DNA from: Rhodothermales bacterium
Lineage (GTDB): Bacteria; Bacteroidota; Rhodothermia; Rhodothermales; Bin80
NCBI GenBank assembly: GCA_028278205.1
Contig: JANQES010000045.1
Span: 16,319 to 80,318, forward strand
Direction: 5' to 3'
Length of the DNA: 64,000 nucleotides
The translations under genes and the position numbers were made by a program. How positions within the stretch are numbered: the first letter of the stretch is position 1; each line of letters begins with the position of its first letter. Under the pieces are notes generated by a model that saw nothing but the letters and a program-made list of their open reading frames with translations, had not been told where the DNA came from and searched no databases. Shown in pieces: positions 49,750-59,158 of this stretch.

Positions 49750-50764
49750 CGTTTTCTTTAACAAGGCGACCGAGCTTAACGCCGCACGCCGGCCTTTTGC
49801 GCTGGCCATCGTGGTGCGCTACGAAAAACCCATCTCCGGCAAAGCCGGCGACAAAGCCATCATCCTCGCCGACGGCAGCCTCTATGGATGGATCGGCGGC
49901 GGCTGCACCAAGCCGCTGATCATCCAGGAAGCCCAGAAAGCCCTCGCCGACGGGCGCCCGCGCCTGGTGCGCATCGCGCCGTCGTCCAACACGTCGGCCA
50001 ACGGCATCATCGAATACAAGATGACCTGCCACAGCGGCGGCTCTCTCGACATCTACATCGAACCCGTGCTCCCCAAACCCCAACTCGTCATCTTCGGACG
50101 CACCGAGCTGGCCCAGACCCTGGCCCGCCTCGGCAAGGTGATGAACTACCAGATCACCGTGGCCGCCCCCGATGCCGGCGCCGACCTCTTCCCCGAGGCC
50201 GACCTCCTCCTGCCCGGCCTCGACCTTGCCGGTGTGCCGCTGGCCGAACCGACCTTCGCCATCGTTGCCACGCAGGGCGAAGACGACGAGGCGGCGCTGG
50301 CCGAAGCCCTCAAGCACGACCTGCCCTACGTGGCCTTCGTCGCCAGCCGCAAGAAAGCCGAGCGCGTGCTGGAATACCTGGCCGAAAGCGGCGTCTCTGC
50401 CGAACGCCTGGACCAGATCAAGACCCCGGCGGGCCTCGACATCGGCGCCCGGCTGCCGGAGGAGATCGCCGTGAGCGTGCTGGCTGAGATCATCGCGGTG
50501 ATGCGCCGCGCCGAAGCCCAGCCTCAACCCGAACAGGCTCCGCTGGCCGTCAACCACGCCGTCGAAACGTTGCACCTGGGCGAGATGAGTTGTTCGCATT
50601 GCGTGATGACGGTGCGCAAGACGCTCGAAGCCCTCCCCGACGTGATGGTGTACGCGGTCGAAATCGGCTCGGCCCAGATCAGCTACGACCCCGCCGAGAT
50701 CAACCGCGAGCAGATCGTCGCGGCGCTGGAAGCGCGGGGGTATCCGGTGCTCGTCGAAGCCTAG
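49742..50764 (+). CDS. XdhC/CoxF/CoxI-family accessory protein fused to a C-terminal heavy-metal-associated (HMA) domain
   Basis: N-terminal XdhC_CoxI-like region (FALAIVV...GSLYGWIGGGC) and a Rossmann-like middle (LVIFGRTELA). The last ~70 aa, LHLGEMSCSHCVMTVRKTLEAL...ALEARGYPV, carry the MxCxxC motif. Confidence 0.8.
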   Translation: MFDVFFNKATELNAARRPFALAIVVRYEKPISGKAGDKAIILADGSLYGWIGGGCTKPLIIQEAQKALADGRPRLVRIAPSSNTSANGIIEYKMTCHSGGSLDIYIEPVLPKPQLVIFGRTELAQTLARLGKVMNYQITVAAPDAGADLFPEADLLLPGLDLAGVPLAEPTFAIVATQGEDDEAALAEALKHDLPYVAFVASRKKAERVLEYLAESGVSAERLDQIKTPAGLDIGARLPEEIAVSVLAEIIAVMRRAEAQPQPEQAPLAVNHAVETLHLGEMSCSHCVMTVRKTLEALPDVMVYAVEIGSAQISYDPAEINREQIVAALEARGYPVLVEA

Positions 50765-50775
50765 CGCGTTGACTC

Positions 50776-50860
50776 GAAAGGGGGAAAGGGAGAGAGGGCG
50801 AAAGGGGGATTAAAAGCGATTTTTCTCCCTCTCCCCCGCTCTCCCTCTCTCCCTCTCTAA
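50776..50860. repeat. purine-rich/pyrimidine-rich palindromic element
   Basis: gaaagggggaaagggagagagggcgaaaggggga pairs with tctccctctcccccgctctccctctctccctctc. Confidence 0.8.
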
Positions 50861-50872
50861 CCCCCACACACC

Positions 50873-51475
50873 ATGGTCTCAGCGATCGTCTTAGCGGCAG
50901 GCGAATCGACCCGGATGGGGGCTGACAACAAGCTCCTCTTGCCTTTTCGGGGCCAGCCGCTCATCAAGCATATCGTCCGGACTGTGTTGCAATCGGAGAC
51001 TGATGAGGTGCTCGTAGTGCTAGGGCATCAAGCCGGCTGCGTACGCGAGGCGCTCGCCGCCTACGACGTGACGTTCGCCCACAACCCGCGCTACCGCGAA
51101 GGCATGACGACGTCGATACAGGCCGGGGTGCAGGCAGCTTCAGCGCACGCCGCCGGATTCATGATCTGCCTGTCCGATTTACCGATGATCGAACCCGCCG
51201 AGTTGAATCAGGTGATGGCGGCGTTTCGGGAGGCGGCGGCGCGCGATCCACAGCCCATCATCCGGCCTGTTCATCAGGGCAAGCCCGGCAACCCGGTGAT
51301 CTTTTCCGCGCCCTACAAGCCGGCTATCCTGGCGCATCAAGATTTGCGGGGATGCCAGGCCCTCGTCAAACAAAACCATGCCCACGTCATCACCGTCGAG
51401 ATGGCGACCGACCACGTGCTGCGCGACGTAGACACGCCGGAGGCCTACCGAAGCCTGGACTCCACCGGCGAGTGA
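50873..51475 (+). CDS. mocA: molybdenum cofactor cytidylyltransferase (MobA-like NTP transferase)
   Basis: AIVLAAGESTRMGADNKLLLPFRG is an N-terminal nucleotidyltransferase motif. Lies in cox-cluster context. Confidence 0.75.
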   Translation: MVSAIVLAAGESTRMGADNKLLLPFRGQPLIKHIVRTVLQSETDEVLVVLGHQAGCVREALAAYDVTFAHNPRYREGMTTSIQAGVQAASAHAAGFMICLSDLPMIEPAELNQVMAAFREAAARDPQPIIRPVHQGKPGNPVIFSAPYKPAILAHQDLRGCQALVKQNHAHVITVEMATDHVLRDVDTPEAYRSLDSTGE

Positions 51476-51550
51476 AGGAGTTTTTTAGCCACAAAGACAC
51501 CAAAACTTCGTGATCCTTCGTGGCTATCGAAAAAGACTGCTCGAAGCTGA

Positions 51551-52351
51551 CTACTCAGCCGCTACGTTCGGTTGCATCAGCCTATCCACCGGCGCCTCGT
51601 CTTCGAGATCAAATCCAAAATGCGCCCGGAGCAGTGTCCTGTATTCGTCCACACTCACAACGGCCCGCTCCTCACGGCGTCCTCCGGCCGTGACGATCAG
51701 GCGTCCATTCGCCAGGGTGACGCGCCCGTCGGGGGTGGCTCGCGAACAGACTGATTTCTGCGTGAAATGCGACTCCGGCGACGTCTGCTGATAATGGCAC
51801 ATCGCCTCGAACTCATCGAGCCGCCGGGGGGGCATCGAAAAAACGTACTGAGGCTCCCACACGGCTTCGGGCTTGCGCTGCTGAAGCACCCATTTCCCCT
51901 CACGCTCGACGAGGCGATACGAGCGTCCATACGGATCACGCGCTTCGGCGTCGAACGGCTGCGGATCGAGGAACGAATCGCCGAAGCCGACGTCGGCCAG
52001 GATCTTGTCATCCGCGCCCACCAGAAGCGTCATGTGATCGAAATCAGGGCCGGGCTGCCCCTCATCGAAAACACGCGCCGCATGCATCGTCATCGAGAAG
52101 CCGAGTTCTTGCAGCAGCCACGCGAACAATCCGTTCAACTCATAACAAAACCCACCCCGCCGCCGCCCGACGATTTTTTCGAACAACAACGGCAACGAAA
52201 GCACGATGGGCCGGCCCAGGTGGATGTCGAGGTTTTCAAACGGCACCGCTACCATATGCGCCCGGTGGAGCCGCCTGAGCGTCTCCGCCGTAGCCTCCCG
52301 CGGCCCGTCATAGCCGATTCGATGGAGATAGGCCGCTACGTCCATGAGCAC
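51551..52351 (-). CDS. arylamine N-acetyltransferase
   Basis: Contains VPFENLDIHLGRPI and RRGGFCYELNGLF (catalytic Cys context). Confidence 0.82.
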   Translation of the reverse strand: MLMDVAAYLHRIGYDGPREATAETLRRLHRAHMVAVPFENLDIHLGRPIVLSLPLLFEKIVGRRRGGFCYELNGLFAWLLQELGFSMTMHAARVFDEGQPGPDFDHMTLLVGADDKILADVGFGDSFLDPQPFDAEARDPYGRSYRLVEREGKWVLQQRKPEAVWEPQYVFSMPPRRLDEFEAMCHYQQTSPESHFTQKSVCSRATPDGRVTLANGRLIVTAGGRREERAVVSVDEYRTLLRAHFGFDLEDEAPVDRLMQPNVAAE

Positions 52352-52483
52352 ATTCGGGCTTTAGGAAGATCATCCAGCTACCTTTAGAAACCGCCGGACC
52401 ACGTCCTGTAATCTACTGCTTTCGCTAACAAAGTGTGGATAGTGGGCCTTGCTGTCTTGATGACGCCTTAGCTTCTTTAACAA

Positions 52484-52788
52484 GTCATCCCTGCGAAGGC
52501 AGGGACCCATCCAGGTTTCGAGGGCTACCGACATCCTTGTAGCATTGGATGGGTTCCCGCCTGCGCGGGAATGACTTTCATGAGGAGCGCATCAACACAG
52601 CGAAGAGCGCTACCAAACACTACCAAAATGCGAACGTCAGCCCTAAGCCCGATACCCTTCAAACAAGAAAAAACTTGTCATTCCGAGCGAAGTCGAGGAA
52701 TCTTTCATTTATTGGAACGGGATTGTTTACCTCAAACGGCGCGTTTCAAAAAGATCCCTCGACTCCGCTTCGCTCCGCTCGGGATGAC
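52484..52788. repeat. two inverted pairs of GTCAT(T/C)CC...-type stem-loop units
   Basis: Unit gtcatccctgcgaaggcagggacccat (52484) faces atgggttcccgcctgcgcgggaatgac (52549-52575). Unit gtcattccgagcgaagtcgaggaatc (52677) faces gatccctcgactccgcttcgctccgctcgggatgac (52753-52788). Confidence 0.75.
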
Positions 52789-52834
52789 AGCCTGGTTTTG
52801 TGATAGCAACCTGGCCTGACACTGTTCGCTCTTG

Positions 52835-53974
52835 ATGTACCAGTATCAACAAACGAATCGCTTTTTCGCCCAGATTGCGCGGGGGCTTGAAGACCTCGGC
52901 GCAGAGGAACTCGAAGACCTCGGCGCGCGCAACACCGCCCCGGCCTATCGCGGGCTGTATTTCGACGCGGACGCCGAGGCGCTCTATCGCATCACCTACT
53001 GCGCGCGGCTGATTACGCGGGTGCTGGCGCCGCTGACGGCGTTTCACTGCCACAACCCGGATTATCTCTACCGCGCGGCCAAAAAGATCGCGTGGACGGA
53101 TTTTCTGTCGATGGATCAGACTTTCGCCGTCTTCGCCAACGTTTCGAACAGCAAGATCCGGCATTCGAAATACGCGGCGCTGCGCGTCAAAGACGCCGTC
53201 GTGGATGGGTTTCGGGAGCAGTTCGGGCGGCGGCCCAGCGTCGATACGCGGCAGCCGGACGTGTGGATTAATCTGTACATCGAAAACAACCACGCCACGC
53301 TGAGCCTCGACGCGTCGGGCGGGTCGCTGCACCGGCGGGGCTACCGGCAGCAGGCGGGCGAGGCGCCGATGCAGGAGACCGTGGCCGCCGCCGTCATCCG
53401 CCTCTCCGGCTGGCAGGGCGAGCAGCCGCTCTACGATCCGATGTGCGGCTCCGGCACGCTCCTGGCCGAGGCGCTGATGCACTACTGCCGCATCCCGGCG
53501 GGCTTCCTGCGCAACCGGTTCGGCTTCGAAGCCCTGCCCGATTTCGACGCGGCGCGCTGGGCCGCCGTCCGCCGGGAGGCCGACGCGTTGATGCGCCCGC
53601 TGCCCACCGGACTCATCGCCGGCAGCGACGTCTCGGCAGAGGCCGTCGCGATGGCGCGGACCAACCTCGGCGCGCTGCCCTACGGCGAGACCGTCTCGCT
53701 CGCCGTCAAAGATTATCAAGACATCGCCCGCCTCGAAGACACCACCCTGATCACGAATCCGCCTTATGGAAAGCGCATCGGGCGGCAGGAATCCATCAGC
53801 GTTTTCTACAAAACTCTGGGCGATTTCCTCAAACAACGCTGCACCGGCTCGACGGCCTATCTCTACGCCGGAGACCGCGCCCTGCTCAAAAAAGTAGGCC
53901 TGCGCCCCTCCTGGAAAAAGCAACTGTTCAACGGCGCGCTGGATGGGAGATTGGCGAAGTACGAACTCTACTAA
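52835..53974 (+). CDS. THUMP-domain class I SAM-dependent RNA methyltransferase (RlmL/COG0116-like)
   Basis: Has a THUMP-like N-terminus, DPMCGSGTLLAEA (motif I) and ITNPPYGKRIG (motif IV). ATG at 52835, with an in-frame TTG at 52832. Confidence 0.78.
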   Translation: MYQYQQTNRFFAQIARGLEDLGAEELEDLGARNTAPAYRGLYFDADAEALYRITYCARLITRVLAPLTAFHCHNPDYLYRAAKKIAWTDFLSMDQTFAVFANVSNSKIRHSKYAALRVKDAVVDGFREQFGRRPSVDTRQPDVWINLYIENNHATLSLDASGGSLHRRGYRQQAGEAPMQETVAAAVIRLSGWQGEQPLYDPMCGSGTLLAEALMHYCRIPAGFLRNRFGFEALPDFDAARWAAVRREADALMRPLPTGLIAGSDVSAEAVAMARTNLGALPYGETVSLAVKDYQDIARLEDTTLITNPPYGKRIGRQESISVFYKTLGDFLKQRCTGSTAYLYAGDRALLKKVGLRPSWKKQLFNGALDGRLAKYELY

Positions 53975-54127
53975 TTTTGGATTTTAGATTTTGGATCTTG
54001 GATTGTTTACATCCACGATCCGCAATAATCGAAAAAGCCGCGACGGTCGGGACCGCTGCGGCTTTTTCGATTGAGATGTTGGTGCCAAATCAGACCAATC
54101 CAAAATCCAAAATCTAAAATCCAAAAT
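53974..54127. repeat. GGATTTT-armed MITE-like element, long form, between convergent genes
   Basis: Arms are aattttggattttagattttggatcttggattg and ccaatccaaaatccaaaatctaaaatccaaaatt. The core aatcgaaaaagccgcgacggtcgggaccgctgcggctttttcgattgag resembles a bidirectional terminator. Confidence 0.88.
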
Positions 54128-56395
54128 TCACTTACCCGGCATGCTCGTCAGGTACTCGACAGCGGCTTGCAACACCTCGTCTTCTCCGGCACGAAGGCCC
54201 TGGATCGTGGGTTTGACTTCGACGTGGGGGACGAGGCCGAGGCGTTGGAGTTGGCGTCCGTCGGCGTGGCGGACAGATTGGCCGGTGAAGCCCAGACGGA
54301 TGCCGCCGGGCACGAAAAAGCCGGTGACGTCGCCGTTGGCGCCGTTGGTGTGGCTGCCGATGAAGACGGTGCCGTTGGCGGCTTCGAAAAATAGCCCTGT
54401 GTGCTCGGCCTGGCTGATGGTGCGCTCGTCGATGAGCATGACAGTCTTGCCTTCATAGCGCGTCACGTGCGGCCCCGGCGCGGGGATGCGCTGCGTAAAC
54501 GTGTACTGCTGCCGCCCCGACCGGCCCGGCCCCAGAATCATCGGGCGGTCGAAGAGCGCGGCGCCAGCCTGAGGTTCTTCGGCCAGGTAGGGTGCGATGG
54601 TCCAGGCGGTGCCGTTGGGATAGCCGCGCATGTCGAAGATGATGGCGTCGGTGTCTTTGAACTGGTCGAACATCGCCGGCACCTGCGCCGGAGTCAGCCG
54701 GTCGAGGTCGGCATAACCGATGTTGTCGTCGAGCATCCGGACGACTTCGCCCGTCCGATAGGTATAACGCGGCCAGCCTGCCCGGCGCAGCGCCTCGACG
54801 GTCTTCACCTGGCCGTTTTTGCCGCGCACCGTAAGAACCGCCTTGCTGCTATCAGGGCCGCTCAGAATCTGGCCTACCGCCCGGCTCATGAGCGCCTGCT
54901 GCGTCGAAGCGGCGATGTATTGAGTGTGATGATGGGCCAGTTCGACGGCGTCCTTGCCATCGACCGTGAGAATCACGTCACCGATTTCGATGCCGGAGGC
55001 AGGGGCAATTTCGTCGTCGAGATATTTGACCACGACCGGCGCATCTTCAATCCATCGAAGATAGAACGGCGGGGAGCCGGTGCCGTGGTGCTCGTTCAGC
55101 ACCTCGCTCCGGAGGAAGCCGTGCGTGTCGCGGATGTGGGCGTACATCTCGGCGACGGCGAGGTGATAGGCCGCGGCATCCTCGGCCTGGATGAAACGCG
55201 GGAGGTAGGCGCGGAAGACCTCGTCCCAGTCGTCGTCCATCAAATCGAGATAGGGGAAGAAATAATTGATGACGGCCCAGATGCGATAGGCCCCCAGGAT
55301 CCGGTATTCGAGCGACGGATAGGCCGGATCGGCATAGGCCTGATCGGGAGGTAAGGCAGCGGTGGCGGCCACCGGACGGCGCGACGCGGGCCGGGGTTCG
55401 AAGTTTTGCGCGAGCATCAGGCTGCGTTGCACGGCTTCGTCTGCGCCGTCTACACTGAGGTTGGGCGCAAACCCGGCGGTTCCATCAGGATAGATCAGCT
55501 CGCCGAGGCGCACCGACGCCTGCACGCCGTCGCTCATCGCCACCGTGTGCGTCTCGACGAGGGCCGCATCCGAGACCGTTCCCTCGCTGACGACAGCCGC
55601 CCGGCCTGCCTCCTGCAACGCCAGCGCCAGCGACGGAATGCCGCCGCTTTCGTTGATCAGAAAAACCACCGGCGCGTCGATGCCGGAGCCGCTCGGCGCG
55701 ATGTACTGGCCGTTGCTGGTCGTAAAACCGTTGTAGTATCCGCCCGACGACATGCCCTGCTGCGGCGGATAGCCCATGTGCAGCCGCTTGCGCTGGCCGG
55801 GCGGCGCCAGCGGCACAGCAGCCAGCGCCTTATCGAGCCCACTCCATTGCAAGTAATAATCAAGCCCGATGGGGAATTCGGAACGCAGGTCGAAGACAAG
55901 GCCACGCGCCTTGCCCGCCTCTGCCGCCACGCCACGCAGCTTTCCGACCGCCGCAAAAAAATCCTGGCCCAGCGTCTTCGGATTCAGCGTCACCACCAGC
56001 ATGCTGTCGACCGTCCAGTACGAGAGCGGGTCGGGTTCGCCGGGCGGCGGCATAGGCGGGAAATCGACTTCGACGATGCGTGTGGCCGGGTCGTCGAGGG
56101 CGTCGAGCATCGTCTGAACAGCCGCTGCGTAAGACGCCGAATCCGTCGCGGCCTCGACCGTCGGGATCGTGGCGACGAGGGCGGAATCCCAGTCGATGGC
56201 CCGGTAGGCCAGGTAGGGATGGAAATATTTGACGGTGCCCCAGAGCTTCCCCAGATCGACGAGCCGTTCCAGGCGAAGCGAGTCGGGCGGCGTCTGCTGC
56301 GCGTGCGCGGGCGGCACCGATGCCGTCAGCCCCAAAAGCACAATCAACACAGCAAGCACAAAACGAATACGGGCGATACGAAATCGTCTAGACAT
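54128..56395 (-). CDS. S41-family (C-terminal processing / tricorn-core-like) peptidase with PDZ-like segment
   Basis: Signal peptide MSRRFRIARIRFVLAVLIVLLGLTASVPPAHA starts at 56395. PDZ-like segment GIEIGDVILTVDGKD. C-terminal S41 region VMLIDERTISQAEH. Confidence 0.7.
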   Translation of the reverse strand: MSRRFRIARIRFVLAVLIVLLGLTASVPPAHAQQTPPDSLRLERLVDLGKLWGTVKYFHPYLAYRAIDWDSALVATIPTVEAATDSASYAAAVQTMLDALDDPATRIVEVDFPPMPPPGEPDPLSYWTVDSMLVVTLNPKTLGQDFFAAVGKLRGVAAEAGKARGLVFDLRSEFPIGLDYYLQWSGLDKALAAVPLAPPGQRKRLHMGYPPQQGMSSGGYYNGFTTSNGQYIAPSGSGIDAPVVFLINESGGIPSLALALQEAGRAAVVSEGTVSDAALVETHTVAMSDGVQASVRLGELIYPDGTAGFAPNLSVDGADEAVQRSLMLAQNFEPRPASRRPVAATAALPPDQAYADPAYPSLEYRILGAYRIWAVINYFFPYLDLMDDDWDEVFRAYLPRFIQAEDAAAYHLAVAEMYAHIRDTHGFLRSEVLNEHHGTGSPPFYLRWIEDAPVVVKYLDDEIAPASGIEIGDVILTVDGKDAVELAHHHTQYIAASTQQALMSRAVGQILSGPDSSKAVLTVRGKNGQVKTVEALRRAGWPRYTYRTGEVVRMLDDNIGYADLDRLTPAQVPAMFDQFKDTDAIIFDMRGYPNGTAWTIAPYLAEEPQAGAALFDRPMILGPGRSGRQQYTFTQRIPAPGPHVTRYEGKTVMLIDERTISQAEHTGLFFEAANGTVFIGSHTNGANGDVTGFFVPGGIRLGFTGQSVRHADGRQLQRLGLVPHVEVKPTIQGLRAGEDEVLQAAVEYLTSMPGK

Positions 56396-56567
56396 AGCGC
56401 GAGATGGATTGTGGGTTTTGAATTTCTGATTTCTGGATGTAATCCTGTCTATTGGGGCTGTAGACGCGCTCTTGATAGGGAACGCCGCGTTTCCACCACA
56501 GAAACCCACTCACTGCGAATAGGACGAAGAGAAGGAGGAAAAAGTTTACGAACCAAAATCCAAAATC

Positions 56568-57095
56568 CTACAACTCTGCCATAAACGCGCGTCGCAGCGC
56601 CGCCGAGTCGAACCAGATGAGCACCCAGAACGTCGTCTCGCCGAGACGTTTTAGAGCTTCGTGCCGGTGCGCGCCGTCGTTGAGCAAGAGCCGGAAGGCG
56701 CCGGTTTCATCGCGCGCGGCGCGGGCAATCATCGGCGGCATGTCTTGGGGATGAGCGAAGGCGTTTTGGATGGCCGTCACGCGCCGTTCCCAGTCTTCGC
56801 GGGGTTCTTTCCAGGGCATCGCCTCTTCGGGGCCGAGGCGCCGTATCAACCGGGCCAGCGGCAATTCGACCGGCCCAATCCAGAAGCGTTCTGCGCGGTC
56901 GAACCACGCGCCCAGCCGCTGGTGGTAGTCGTCTTCGCCCGTGCTGAGATACGCCCGAATCCACGCTTCGAGCCAGCCTTGCCCGGCGCACTGCATCGCC
57001 CCCTCGACCGTGAAATCGTGGAGGGATGCCTCGGTATGGTCTGCGTGATTCACGGAAAAACGAGGCTGGGTAACGAATTGAAGGTATTTGGTCAT
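56568..57095 (-). CDS. hypothetical protein, possible ParB/sulfiredoxin-like domain
   Basis: Start MTKYLQF at 57095. The C-terminal LLLNDGAHRHEALKRLG resembles the DGxHR motif of ParB/Srx folds, but the match is weak. Confidence 0.4.
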   Translation of the reverse strand: MTKYLQFVTQPRFSVNHADHTEASLHDFTVEGAMQCAGQGWLEAWIRAYLSTGEDDYHQRLGAWFDRAERFWIGPVELPLARLIRRLGPEEAMPWKEPREDWERRVTAIQNAFAHPQDMPPMIARAARDETGAFRLLLNDGAHRHEALKRLGETTFWVLIWFDSAALRRAFMAEL

Positions 57096-57141
57096 CCGGG
57101 TCGCCTCGCAATCAACCTGACAAAACCTGCGCGCGATAGGC

Positions 57142-57183
57142 AAAAATACGACAGACCCGAAGGGTTCAAAAACCCTCCGGGTC
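57142..57183 (-). terminator. terminator-like hairpin after etfA
   Basis: gacccgaagggtt-caaaa-accctccgggtc forms a 12-bp stem with one mismatch. On the minus strand it is followed by a U-rich tract (plus-strand aaaaata, 57142-57148). Confidence 0.45.
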
Positions 57184-57207
57184 CATAAAAAATGCTTCAG
57201 CCGATGG

Positions 57208-58191
57208 CTACACGCCGACCTTCAAATCCTGGATCGCCTCGGTCAGAGCCGGTACGACCTCGAAGAGATCGCCGACGATACCGTAGTCGGCCACTTTGAA
57301 GATGGGCGCTTCGGGATCTTTGTTGATGGCCACGACGAACTTCGACGAGGCGATGCCGGCCACATGCTGGATGGCGCCGGAGATGCCGCAGGCGATGTAG
57401 AGATCAGGCGCGACGGTCTTGCCGGTCTGCCCGACGTGTTCGTCGTGCGGGCGCCAGCCGTCGTCGGAGACGGGCCGTGAGCAGCCCAGGCCGGCGCCGT
57501 CGCCCAGCACGTCGGCCAGCTTTTCGAGCACGCCCCAGTGCTCCGGTCCCTGAAGCCCACGCCCGCCGCTGACGACGATGTCGGCCTCGGTGACGTCGAG
57601 CTTTTTGCTGGCGCTCTTGAGCAGTTCTTCCACCACAGCCAACGGCTCCGGCAGATCGACCTGCGCGCGTTCGACGGTCGTGGCTACCGGCGCCTCTTCG
57701 GCTTTGTAGGCTTTCGGGCGGATGGTAGCCAGGACGGGGGTGGAGGTCACTTTGACCTCGGCCAGCACCTTGCCGGCAAAAAGCGGACGGGTGAACAGGA
57801 TGGTGCCGCCGTCTACGCGGAAGCTGACGCAATCCTGGGCCATCGAGGTATCGAGCACCTGGGCCACGCGGGCCATGAGGTCTTTGCCCGTCACCGAGGC
57901 GCCCATCAGCACCACGCCGGCGTCCTGCGCCTGGGCTACCTGCGCGATGGCCGCGGCATAGCAGTCGGGGCTATAGCGCTCCAGCTTCGGATCTTCCACG
58001 AGCACCGTCTTGCCAACGCCGTAGGTGCCGGGGGTTTCTGCCAGGGCATCGAGGTTGCCCCCGCCCAGCATCAGAGCGGTCACGGTCTGCCCGGTCTCGC
58101 GGCCCAGCTGCACGGCGGCAGTATAGACCTGCTGGCTAACGGATCGAATCTCTCCCTCAAGAATCTCGGTGACAACGAGAATGGTGGACAT
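57208..58191 (-). CDS. etfA: electron transfer flavoprotein alpha subunit
   Basis: C-terminal FAD-binding signature [18 protein letters not shown]. Confidence 0.9.
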   Translation of the reverse strand: MSTILVVTEILEGEIRSVSQQVYTAAVQLGRETGQTVTALMLGGGNLDALAETPGTYGVGKTVLVEDPKLERYSPDCYAAAIAQVAQAQDAGVVLMGASVTGKDLMARVAQVLDTSMAQDCVSFRVDGGTILFTRPLFAGKVLAEVKVTSTPVLATIRPKAYKAEEAPVATTVERAQVDLPEPLAVVEELLKSASKKLDVTEADIVVSGGRGLQGPEHWGVLEKLADVLGDGAGLGCSRPVSDDGWRPHDEHVGQTGKTVAPDLYIACGISGAIQHVAGIASSKFVVAINKDPEAPIFKVADYGIVGDLFEVVPALTEAIQDLKVGV

Positions 58192-58231
58192 GTCTATGGC
58201 CTCCGTATTGGTTTATACTCGTTTTACTCGT

Positions 58232-58407
58232 GTCATTGGTTCGCTTCGCTCTCGTCAGTTGGCTCGCCTTCGGCTCGCCGTCAGTTGTGCCTTCGGCGCG
58301 TCATTTATTGTCATTGGGTCGAACGTGACAATGAATGACAGCGAGCGAAGCGAGCAATTGACGTGAGCGAAGCGAACTAATGACGCGTGCCAAGCACGCC
58401 AATGACC
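58232..58407. repeat. ~175-bp imperfect palindrome between etfB and etfA
   Basis: gtcattggttcgcttcgctctcgtcagttggctcgcc...gtcatttattgtcattgg pairs with gtgacaatgaatgacagcgagcgaagcgagcaattgacgtgagcgaagcgaactaatgac...ccaatgacc. Confidence 0.8.
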
Positions 58408-58408
58408 A

Positions 58409-59158
58409 CTAAATAACCTTCGCCTCTTCGCGCAGCAGGCGCACGACTTCGGGCACGGCATCGACGCCGTTTTCGAAGAGTTTGCCGGCGGCTTTTTCAG
58501 GCGGATAGCTCAGCCGTTCGATGACCAGATTTTCGGCCCCCAGGGCGGCGGGCTGCACGTCGATGGGTTTCTTCTTGGCCTGCATGATCCCCCGGAACGA
58601 CGGATAGCGCGGCTCGACCAGACGCCGGTTGACGCCGACGACCGCCGGCAGGCTGAAACCCACCTTTTCGTGGACGCCTTCGAGCACGCGTCGCGCCCAG
58701 CCCTTGCCGTCTTCGAGGTGAAATTCCTCGACGGCGGTCACGCAGGGCACCTTGAGCGCCTGCGCGATGAACTGCGGCACCTGAGCATTGTCGCCATCGA
58801 CGGCTTGCTGGCCCATGAAGATGAGGTCGTAGCCCCCCGCTTCCAGCACCGGGATGAGCGCCCGCGCCGTCGCCAGCGAATCGATGGGCATGTGGCCGGT
58901 GTCCAGGCGGATGGCTTTGTGCGCACCCATCGCCAGCGCTTCGCGGATCGACTTCTCGATGCGCTCCGGCCCCAGCGAGATGACCGTCACCTCGCCGCCG
59001 TGCTCTTCGGTCAACAGCAACGCCTGCTCCACCGCCGACTCGTCGTAGGGGTTGATGATCCACTGGATGTCGTCTTCGACGATCCACTTGCCATCGTCGG
59101 CGATTTTAACCCGGGTTTCGGTATCCGGGGTCTGTTTTATGCAAACGGCAATGTTCAT
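58409..59158 (-). CDS. etfB: electron transfer flavoprotein beta subunit
   Basis: Start MNIAVCIKQTPDTETRVKI at 59158. The track ORF extends to 59263. Confidence 0.9.
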   Translation of the reverse strand: MNIAVCIKQTPDTETRVKIADDGKWIVEDDIQWIINPYDESAVEQALLLTEEHGGEVTVISLGPERIEKSIREALAMGAHKAIRLDTGHMPIDSLATARALIPVLEAGGYDLIFMGQQAVDGDNAQVPQFIAQALKVPCVTAVEEFHLEDGKGWARRVLEGVHEKVGFSLPAVVGVNRRLVEPRYPSFRGIMQAKKKPIDVQPAALGAENLVIERLSYPPEKAAGKLFENGVDAVPEVVRLLREEAKVI

